64,000 nt of DNA from Tubiluchus corallicola (taxonomy: Eukaryota > Animalia > Priapulida), in NCBI GenBank assembly GCA_030141605.1, contig JAQGDQ010002371.1, positions 62,001 through 126,000 on the forward strand. Reading direction: 5' to 3'. Positions 54,683 through 64,000 of the stretch are shown here, piece after piece (the first letter of the stretch is position 1; each line of letters starts with the position of its first letter). The translations under genes and the position numbers were made by a program. The notes below the pieces were generated by a model. It saw nothing but the letters and a program-made list of their open reading frames with translations, did not search any database and had not been told where the DNA came from.

Positions 54683-56002
54683 TTATATGTTCTCCACTAA
54701 AAATGTTTTGTACATGAGTTTACTTTTGTCATCATCACTTACGTAATCTTTACCCTGCACTTTTAGGCTTTCTATTTCGTTACTGGATTTAGTTTCAAAA
54801 ACGCGTTTATATGTTTTCCAGAACTCCTTACCTTGTGCTACATTTAAGTTTTCAGTATTTTTGTCAATCCACTTATTCATTTCTAAATGCAGCGCGTCAC
54901 TAAACTCTGACTTGGCTTCCACATAAGATTGCTTGTTTTCGTAATTGGACATCTGCAGGTAATTTTTCCTGCAAAGCCTCACTTTATTACTTAATTTTGT
55001 TAACTGACTAGACCAGAAAGGTTTGCTAAATTTTGTTATCATTTTCTTATTTAGTGCTTCTTCGTTTGCATTTTCTATGACCTTTCGGAGCTGTACCCAA
55101 GCACTCTGAACATCTTTGGCCTGAATAAGTTGATTTAGTTCATGAAATTGTTCTCTTACTTTACGTTCCAGAACACCTGACCATCTGTACCAATCACTAT
55201 TCTTAAAATCGTACACACAACGAACTACTTTATCACTTTCCGATAGTTTACATTTAATTTTACTTATAACAACAAAGTGGCCCATTTGGGGTGCTCCCGA
55301 AAAGAGCTCTGTATCTTTCTCTACATATTGCTGACAAAGTTGGGCAGAAAAGTTTTGGATAGCTAATATAACATCAATCGTACTAGAACCTGTTGCAGAA
55401 CTGAATGTGGGTTCGTTTGGCGTAATAATGACGTGCTCACCATTGGCCTGATTTACGAAGTTGTGAAGTTGTATGCCATGTTCATTGTCAATCCTATCCC
55501 AGAGAATATTACGGGCGTTTAGATCGCCTATAGCCGCAATACTGTATATACCGTGTTTACTGCCGAAAGAAGCTGCTTTCTTGTACATTAATAACCATTT
55601 TCTCATTTGTTCAGGTGAATTTGGTTTTATATATACAGATCCTATTAACATTTTAGTATGCGGCGTATTTAAGATAACCCATACAACATCTAAATCTGAA
55701 TCGCTTGCATCTGATAAGTACAACATGTTACTAGCAATATTTTCTTTTATATACAAGGCTACTCCACCAGAGTAATTGCTCACGCCTTCTTTGAAATAAC
55801 CTTTGTAATTTGTTAATTTTGGCTGTAAATTTTTAGTGATTTTCGTTTCCTGTACTGCCACCACATCAAAAGACATACTGTTTGCGTAATTGTCTAAAGC
55901 TAACCTCGATCTATCTGACATATTGTTTATATTGATTTGACAAATAGTAATCGAGTCTTTTACTTTGACGTCTTGCAAATTTGCCATTTTATGCATAATC
56001 AC
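54683..56002 (-). CDS. LINE ORF2 APE endonuclease segment
   Basis: QININ, DVVAVQET, GGVALY, GSVYIKP, GDLNA, STIDVIL motifs, then KPFWS. Confidence 0.9.
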   Translation of the reverse strand: MIMHKMANLQDVKVKDSITICQININNMSDRSRLALDNYANSMSFDVVAVQETKITKNLQPKLTNYKGYFKEGVSNYSGGVALYIKENIASNMLYLSDASDSDLDVVWVILNTPHTKMLIGSVYIKPNSPEQMRKWLLMYKKAASFGSKHGIYSIAAIGDLNARNILWDRIDNEHGIQLHNFVNQANGEHVIITPNEPTFSSATGSSTIDVILAIQNFSAQLCQQYVEKDTELFSGAPQMGHFVVISKIKCKLSESDKVVRCVYDFKNSDWYRWSGVLERKVREQFHELNQLIQAKDVQSAWVQLRKVIENANEEALNKKMITKFSKPFWSSQLTKLSNKVRLCRKNYLQMSNYENKQSYVEAKSEFSDALHLEMNKWIDKNTENLNVAQGKEFWKTYKRVFETKSSNEIESLKVQGKDYVSDDDKSKLMYKTFLVENI

Positions 56003-56762
56003 TTAGTCGTTTGGCTTCATTTACGTAAAGTGCACAACTTCTGTCCCATGCCGCGTGCGATTCGCCACAGTTTGCACACGTTAACTGTTCTGAAGTACAC
56101 TCGTTTGATTCATGCTTTCCTGAGCATTTTCCACATTTGGGGCCTCTAGTACACCATTTCGCAATGTGTTTGTACCCCTGACACTTAAAACATCTGAGTG
56201 GTCTTCTCTTAGGAGCAAACTCTTCTACCGAGCACATCATTTGACCGATTGGTATGCTTTCCTGGACTGCTTTTGTGAGATCGTCTCCTGTCTGGAACGT
56301 AACTTTCACTAATGGCAAGTTTTTCCCGTCTTTTCTTTTGAAGCGTTCAATCTGGATGTTGTCATAGTATCTTTCTATATCAGAGCGTATTTCTGCGTCG
56401 CTCAAGCCCGTATCACAGTCACGCAAGATCCCTATACGCGGAGATACTGGCTTTCTTACGCGAGTACCACCTCCCAAAAATTCTGGCTTCCAGTTCTTTA
56501 TCATATCGTTTGCTGTTGTTTTGTCTGGGACTTGTAATTGAATTTTCCCTCTGGATGTTCTGAAGGCAATATCAAATTTCGTTCTCGGAAAATGTGCACA
56601 CAAATTCTTCTTAATGTTAATGCTGGAACTGACGAGATGTTTTTCGCTCACATTTTCTACAATGACAGTTTTATCAGGGTCATATGGACGAGGAGATACT
56701 TGTAGTGTTACTTGTCTTGGCTGTTTCAGAGAATGACGTTGGCAGGTTCTTTCTGACTGCAT
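55989..56762 (-). CDS. LINE ORF1 gag-like C-terminal part with three CCHC zinc knuckles
   Basis: CFKCQGYKHIAKWC, CGKCSGKHESNEC, CANCGESHAAWDRSC. Confidence 0.88.
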   Translation of the reverse strand: MQSERTCQRHSLKQPRQVTLQVSPRPYDPDKTVIVENVSEKHLVSSSINIKKNLCAHFPRTKFDIAFRTSRGKIQLQVPDKTTANDMIKNWKPEFLGGGTRVRKPVSPRIGILRDCDTGLSDAEIRSDIERYYDNIQIERFKRKDGKNLPLVKVTFQTGDDLTKAVQESIPIGQMMCSVEEFAPKRRPLRCFKCQGYKHIAKWCTRGPKCGKCSGKHESNECTSEQLTCANCGESHAAWDRSCALYVNEAKRLSDYA

Positions 56763-57450
56763 TGCTATATAAAGGTTTGCCAGTTTGGCCTGATATTATT
56801 TGTGACATCTTTTTGTCTAGGTTTACAACCAAGTTGTTAACTGTTTCCAGTTTTTCTAATGTTTGTTGCGAATTGTCATGTCCTCTCATAACATTTATGA
56901 CTATCCTTAGTTTTTCAACATCTTTTGACTTCTTGATTAAATTTACAGCTAATGCTTTCATTTCTGTGACTGAGCTATATTCAGTGTCATCTGCCTCGCT
57001 AGTACTGCCGTCATTGTCATCCTGTATGCTGTCATTATTATCGTTATCAACACCATCATAACTATCTACGTCAGAATCACCGTCAGCGTCGTTTACAGCA
57101 GAAAACCTGCCATCGAGGGCGGCGCCACGCTCATTTGTTTGCTGGCTATTATAGCGTTGAGAGGCTTCGGACTGTTTTGTGTAGCAGCGGTTACAGATGA
57201 CAGCAGTAAGTTTTGTAGGCCAAATAGGCGATGCAGTTTTTCTGCAAATATCGCAGGCTGTTTTCTTCGGATTTATGCATTGCTGACTAAGGTTTTCATC
57301 ACAACTATGGGTAGCAGCACATTTAGCACATACAATAGCACTAATCTTTTTAGGTTGCACTGGTCTCTGGGTAGACCTACATATTTCGCAGCTCCGGCGT
57401 TCTTTGGCTTTGTGTTGTGTTTGAGATGCTAACTGGTCTGAATCCGCCAT
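56680..57450 (-). CDS. LINE ORF1 N-terminal part with two CxxC-x16-CxxC fingers, an acidic linker and a coiled-coil-like segment
   Basis: ATG at 57450; CEIC-x16-CAKC and CDIC-x16-CNRC; D-rich tract; overlaps the next ORF out of frame. Confidence 0.75.
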   Translation of the reverse strand: MADSDQLASQTQHKAKERRSCEICRSTQRPVQPKKISAIVCAKCAATHSCDENLSQQCINPKKTACDICRKTASPIWPTKLTAVICNRCYTKQSEASQRYNSQQTNERGAALDGRFSAVNDADGDSDVDSYDGVDNDNNDSIQDDNDGSTSEADDTEYSSVTEMKALAVNLIKKSKDVEKLRIVINVMRGHDNSQQTLEKLETVNNLVVNLDKKMSQIISGQTGKPLYSNAVRKNLPTSFSETAKTSNTTSISSSI

Positions 57451-57775
57451 GCTTCTGAGCCTCAAATAGGCCTGATTGTTGGCCTATTCAAAGTTGTTGA
57501 CTGGCTTAATTACCTAGTCCAACCAGTGCAGGTACAAGTGGCTATAGTTGCAATAATATTTTCTAAACAAATAGTTATTTCTTTACCTCAAGATTTCTGC
57601 CTGTCTTCAGGTTCTTTGCAGTTGAAAATATCACCAATGGATTGTTCACCACTTTACGATTGTCACACTATAAGTTTTGCCACAAAACTTTTCGATAAAC
57701 TATTAAAAAAATTATAGTTCGCTCGTAACGAAATACTCATGAGTCTATGTGAAGTCACGCTTCACGCGAGAGCGT

Positions 57776-58062
<287 letters not shown>

Positions 58063-58994
58063 AAATATAGATATAGACGTCTGCTGAAAACAGCAGTAAA
58101 TCTACAGACGCATATAATAATGATTTCACTGCCATCTTAATTGCCAGTATCCGACATGCAGAGATTAATGACTTTTTGTATTCAATGGGAGAAAAGTATT
58201 TTGTCTCAGCTACAAAAGCTGTGGAAGAACGGAAATTAATTCTAACTTGATAAGTACTTTCAAGAAATGCCCATTTTTCAATAAATTTTGATTTACATCA
58301 CATGCTTTAAAATTTGCCGACTTCTATAATGATGAGCTCGTAACACTTATAAGACGTAGTTTAAAAAAGGATGGTCAAATATTTCACCCATGAGTACTTT
58401 GAAAACGCATGTTTAGGTCACTCTTTTTGTTTTTTGTCAGTTTAGTTATTTCACCTACTACAAACAAACATTGAAGTTTTAGAGATAAGCTGATAAGACG
58501 ATAAGATTTCAATTATTGTTTGAGATATTGCTCATGATATGTTCATCGCTGTGAACTAATTCAATTTATGCTACAAATGCTTTACAGTGTCCTTAAGGAC
58601 GTAATATATATTCCCAAGAACTCTGCACATTATCATGCGTTGTGGCGGAACAAACAGCGCAGCGATAACTGTGAGTGCTTAGTGACAGACAACTGGAGAA
58701 AACTGGATGGGTGATCTTCAGGAAAGTCTGCTTTTGAGCAGTTGCATATAATGTACTGCTTCTGATTGTCTGAAGAACTGTTCATTGTGGCTAAGACCGT
58801 GATTCTGTCGGTTAGTAATTCATCTAAGAGGACTACTCTTGATAGATAAGCTAGGTTCCGGTCCTGCCACATAACCATTAGCGCAATCAGCAGGCCTAGG
58901 CTTAGTTTTTGATGCTGCTTATCTGCTTGCAATGTACCGAACTTAAAATGATAGTGCAGTGTTTTAAAATTAAAATTAAATATCATTTTGCACG

Positions 58995-59625
58995 TTATGA
59001 TTTCTTCTTTTTCTTCAAGGTCCATTCCGTCTATTGTAGATATTGAGGCATTAACATTTATTAGAGTATTCTACCCGCTCCTGTCTGCAGCTAACAGCGT
59101 AAGTTCTTCTACTCCTAAAAATAGATTTGGTTGAAGTTGTTGAACATCTCTATTTATCTTAGTTATCGAAGTTGTTCTTGGTTTGCCAGGTAGTTTTGTG
59201 CAAGGTTTTAAGGCTTCCTTTAAGGCGATTCTTGCTAGTAAATCACTTAGTGATCTTAGAAGGTGTAATCTTAATCTTCGGATCTTGACTTGCTCCTATG
59301 CATTTCTTTTGTTTTTGTGTATAAATCTTCATTTTTGATTATGTATGGCCTTCTTAACTTTAGAACTTTCCTTAGAAGACTTCTGTGAAGCATGTCAATC
59401 TGCTTTTCTTGAGTAATTGTTAGATTCCATCATTCACTGTTGTGCATAAATATGCTGTTAAGGTCAGCATTAAATAATCGAAGTCTTATGTTAAGACAAT
59501 TTCTTGCTAGTTAATGTATTCTTGCGTTGAAGAAAAGCATGCATTGCTTGTTGCTTTTAATATCATATTCAGTGTTTAGAAAAGTGCCCATATACTTGCA
59601 CTCTTATATATATTACTGCCCATAT
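58995..59625 (-). mobile_element. Degenerate RTE-like LINE 3' fragment
   Basis: Minus strand gives KYMGTFL..NIRLRLFNA..SIFMHNSE*WNLT..HRSLLRKVL..KLPGKPRTT, ending in a (GAA)-rich tail near 59000. Confidence 0.7.
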
Positions 59626-59689
59626 ATTACTGATGTCATTTTTAAGTGTTTTTAACAAGAGGCATAGATGCTCTTACGAATGTTTACTA

Positions 59690-59990
59690 TGCTTACGTGC
59701 AACTAATTTTGAAATATTGCTCCACTGAATCTATGTTCCTAGAACGCATATATTGGTGTTACTGATAAAATTCAAAATGTGCAAAAAGCATTCATACGCA
59801 GGTTGCTTTGCAAGTCTTCCAGAACGGGTTGCCCATAAAAGGAACGCATGCTCAATATGGACCCACTAGTACTTAGAAGGCTTAGAGCTGACCTGATTAT
59901 AGTTTTCAAAATCTTAGGGTTGATGTATTTTTAATTGAAGCATTTGATTTTCGCAGTTAATTCACACTAAATTCAAACTACTTTAAAAAC
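59690..59990 (+). mobile_element. CR1/L2-type LINE 3' fragment
   Basis: KIQNVQKAFIRRL and PLVLRRLRADLIIVFKIL motifs. Confidence 0.65.
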
Positions 59991-61440
59991 TGTAATTTCA
60001 ATAATCATTTTAGAATTTTTCGTTAGTTTAGAGGATGCGCTTCGTAGAGCCACCCTGAATCCCAATGTACATACAATTTGTAAATATTTATTTTATAATA
60101 GTCACTAACAATTTACATGGTATATCTGTAAAAGTGTTTATTTTTGGTTCATTGATCGTAATTTTATAAAGCTTTAGATCATTAAAACTTTTATTGTACT
60201 AGCCCGTTGAGGCTCCTTAAGTCGCTATCGTAATGTTTGTATAATTGTGATTTCACGAAACTGATTTTTTTGAGCCTTGTTAACCCTGGTTGCTCCAGCG
60301 CTTTTAACTTTTTACTATTTACTTGTGCATTATTATTTTGTTGAAAGTGCAAATAAAATTCATCCATTCATTCATTCATAAAATGACTACCCGGAAAACC
60401 GTTTTTCTTTACTCGCAAGCGATTTAGTGCCGAAATGCCTTCCGTCCGACTATTATGTTACAAGCGATTTATCGGATGCCTCCAATCCATAATTCATACC
60501 ACGGTTTCATAATGAAAATACGTTAATATACACGTAAAAGCTGTTTGGTTTTTCCTCAGTGGATAAACATCACATCAGTACCGCAAGGACCTACGTAACT
60601 AGGACGTATCGGTTTGAGAAAGGTAATAGAGGCGGTAATGAATAAATCAATAAAGCAAGTTTTGCTGTGTAAACTCAAACTACGTATGATATTCAGCCGT
60701 ATTCAAAACGTGCTGACGATTTTTTAATTATTACTTATATACTTGTGGTCTATATATTGCCCCACTCATTTCTTAATGCTACTAGTTCCGGTAATGATAT
60801 TATTACACAAACCGGCGATATGATAAAAATTACGTAACCGCCACAATTGAATGTTACTATAATTTTGAAAAACCTGCAACAATTTCTTGGTTGTTCCTGG
60901 CTTGTTACTAGTGTCATGGAGTGTAGTCTAATTTTATAACCTGTTTCATTGCCCACGCTAAAACCAACTAAATGAATCGTTTGAATAAACTTCAACAAGT
61001 TTTTTGTTTTGTTATTGTTATATGGCGAGTCAAACTCCGGCCGTGCGGCTAAGGTGATTTATACATTGGCACATTCATGCGAACAATCACTCGATCATAC
61101 TCGCACGCAAATCCCTCGAAATCGTGATAGGAAATTATTACGAGATGTTAATCACGCCAATTTAGCTGGAAGGCATTGATCTGTTCTCTTTGTAGCTGTG
61201 GATGTGTGAAGTTCAACGGATAAAGAGAAGCCTGCTAATTCTTGGAATAATACGCGTGGTCCGAGCTAATTAATTGTCTTGTATGGAACATGCCGCCTTG
61301 GTCTGTCATCACTTTCCTTTTTAACCATTGCTGTTATTACTGCAATTGTTATTGAGATGTACTTCATGAAAGTCCCGCTATCACTGAAACAAATAGTTAT
61401 TATGGAATACCAGACTTGTGCCTACAATACGCAGTGTTTG

Positions 61441-61945
61441 AAAATCATATTACTAATGAAGAGGTTATAGGCCTTTCGGGGTGCACCTCGTAAAAACCCG
61501 CTGCCATTACAAACGGACAGTCATTTGTGGAACACTCATTCCTACGATGTGCTGTGGTCGAAAGTGATGTTTCTGATGAAGCTGTTGTTAACCACATTTT
61601 TAAAACCAAAAATGGGTACTCATTTGTGTACTGCCGATGATATACACCTATGATGTACAGTGGCCGAAAATCGTGTTCCTAACAAGGAGGTTATATGCCT
61701 TTTTGGGGGCACCTGTTTTAGGATCTATCCCTTGAAAGCCCCTCTCCCATTACAGACGGGTAGTCATTAGAAAAATTTTACACACCGTCTATGATATGGA
61801 GTGTTCGAAAGTCATGTGTTATAGGCCTTTCTGGAGGTACATATTTTGGGATAATCATAAACGGGTAATCATTTGTGGACTGCCAGACTCGTACCTCCGA
61901 TATGAAGTTGTCTCAAATCATGTTCCTGGTGAGGATGTTATCTCG
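61441..61945. repeat. Degenerate irregular tandem repeat (3-4 units)
   Basis: Recurrent AAATC(A/G)TGTTCCT..GAGG, GTTATAGGCCTTT, CATTACA.ACGG...GTCATT and TCGAAAGT.ATGT motifs. Confidence 0.65.
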
Positions 61946-61959
61946 TCACTTGTTCTTGC

Positions 61960-62420
61960 TGGCAGTATGGCAGTGGTAGAGTTGCGGGCAGCGAGGCAGT
62001 GGTAGTATTGCTGTCGTTTTGTTGCTTTGTAGATCTTGTTCATGGTGATGGCTGTTTTAGTGTCGTTGTTTTTGCTGTTGATACTTCCGTTGTCATTACC
62101 GCCATCTTGTCATCTTCGTAACTGGCATTACAATTGTCTTTGTTATTATTGCAGTCTTAATAGTGCTTCTGCTCTTGTGTGGCTAACTGTTGCCCTTTGT
62201 GCTTTTGCTGTCATTGTACTTATTTGATATTGTGACTTGTTCGTCGTTGTATTGCAATAGTTCCATTGTGTTGTATTGTATTGTATCGTTGTCGTGTCCT
62301 TGTTATTGTTGTTGCTGCTGTTGCTGTTATTATTGTCGTCGTTGTTATTGTTATTGTTACTCTTGCTATTGCTGTTGCTGCCATAGCTACTATTGGCGTT
62401 GCTACCACCCACATCACTAC
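61960..62420. repeat. (GTT/ATT/GCT)n low-complexity tract
   Basis: Direct observation; it explains the poly-N/T/C/V pseudo-ORFs. Confidence 0.85.
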
Positions 62421-63489
62421 TGTTCCTCTTACATATTTCTGGATAATATTAATTAGCTAAGCTTCAGCAGACTGTGCTTTGTGTAATTCACAATTGGCTT
62501 CACGTCCAAGACTGATACTCAGAATTCAGAAACTTGAATAAAAAGCACCCAATTATTATAATATCGCTATCCTACTTAATTAAAAACAAACCGTCCGCAG
62601 TCGTTGTGGGCGGTGAGACCTAGAAAAGGAATGCGGTTAAAAGCCACGCACGTGCGTCTTGTTAAATTATAAGAAGCTGCATAATAGTGACAGACAAACT
62701 GCCTTGGCAGTTAGCAGCAATTTTACGCGAAGCCAGGCTATAGACAACACATGCAGTGCGCGTTGCATTCAAGTACTGACGTTACTATACTTTATCGCTC
62801 CTTATTGTACAATATTAATTATGTTTGTGCGACGTTCATCTAAATAGTAACAAATGCGAAGTTTGACACAAACATAAATTTTTCTGATGATTTTGTTTCA
62901 AGTTTCGCTTGAACGGTGACATTGTCATTAAAGTCTGGCCAGCAGTATGATATCTCTAATGCAAGCAGGTTTGGCCCAATAACGTGTGGCGATTGTTAGT
63001 GTCAGTGATAAGCCTCCCTAATATCGTTGACGTTTCTCTCATTAATCGCAGTAATTTCTAGGGCTTCAAATGAGTAAACCCGCCTGCAATATGAAGCCAC
63101 TGAGCGGCATGTGAGATCGCATTACTTGCCGTGTGTGGGAACATTATGAATTCACACAAAAACAACTTGTGTGGCTAAAAATTTTAATTAGTCTTTATTG
63201 TGCTTACCTGCATGACAGTTGTAATTTAGCTGTCATGAAAAGGGTCGAATATTTGCTGAGAATTTATGTAATTTGTTTTGTGACCCATTGATTTAAACAC
63301 AACATTAAAATGAGGTTGAATCACTACTTGGTTTTTATTACGGTGTTACGAGACGTGTTGGTTGCATCCAGCACAGGATATGACGTTATTAACGAGGGAA
63401 GTAAGCTTGATGTTAATCGCTTGCAAAAGATTTTCGGATATAAATGGGAAGGTAAGTGCATTGCTCGATTACCACGATGATTGCTAATA

Positions 63490-63800
63490 GATGCACGTGT
63501 GTTGTTAATAGATGTATCAACATCTATAGAGACTGTAAATATATTATTGCCCCAAAGTAAAATAAGAATGAAGTGTAATTTGACCCGCTGAAAAGTTATT
63601 TTGCAAATAATTTCTGATAAGGTTAAGGGATGTACTGTTAAATCCAAGAAGTTTGAGATTATTGAGCAATAAAGCGTAGTTTAAACTGTTAAATGCTTTG
63701 CTTAGACCCAGAAATGTTCTTACTATGTATTTGTTTTTGTCAAAATTTGATCTCCAATTTCGGTTAGCATTTAGTATTTCATTGATAGTTGAGTATTTTT
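63490..63800 (-). mobile_element. CR1/L2-type RT fragment
   Basis: STINEIL..FLGLSKAFNSLNYALLLNNLKLLGF..LIRNYLQN matches the RT DLSKAFD region. Confidence 0.7.
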
Positions 63801-64000
63801 TGAAGCCATTAATGTAAATAACGATGTAAAAATTAATATAATTTATGTTGTATAATATAGTGTTATATAATAACACTTTTTGTGCAACACGATAGAAGTG
63901 ACAGAAAGTCTATTTTTAAGTGTTTTTATGTTTTGTATGTAATTTTTGGCGCAACTGTTTTTGCTAAAATGTCAGATAAATTCCGACAAAGTTTTTAGTA

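Noticed and set aside
58633-59025. 130-aa minus-strand ORF
   Set aside because: It starts inside the RTE tail and has no recognisable domain or splice support.
61441-61945. CRISPR-like repeat/spacer appearance
   Set aside because: Repeats are degenerate and unevenly spaced, the intervening sequences are homologous to each other, the context is eukaryotic and there are no cas genes.

Overview
AT-rich eukaryotic (metazoan, probably invertebrate) genomic DNA with GT-AG introns; most ORF-track entries are spurious. Manual splicing gives three host genes on the + strand: two tandem paralogous 12-cysteine Ly6/uPAR (three-finger, LYPD6-like) genes (~1.0-4.6 kb, signal exon not found in the window; ~10.1-18.9 kb) and a complete 20-coding-exon ABCB6/HMT-1 half-ABC transporter (32160-47761, 855 aa). 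The rest is transposon-rich: nested PIF/Harbinger relics, hAT and pogo-type MITEs, a solo LTR with a 5-bp TSD, RTE/CR1/L2 fragments and microsatellites. The most notable element is a near full-length APE-RT non-LTR retrotransposon (52296-57779, minus) with (GA)n/(TC)n at both ends, two GATA-like C4 zinc fingers at the start of ORF1 and a hairpin at its 5' end, which makes it a candidate microsatellite-targeting retroelement. Other oddities are a 901-bp tandem duplication with a templated junction insertion, and a triplicated splice acceptor that may create a microexon in the ABCB6 5' UTR. All alignments were done by eye and no searches were run.
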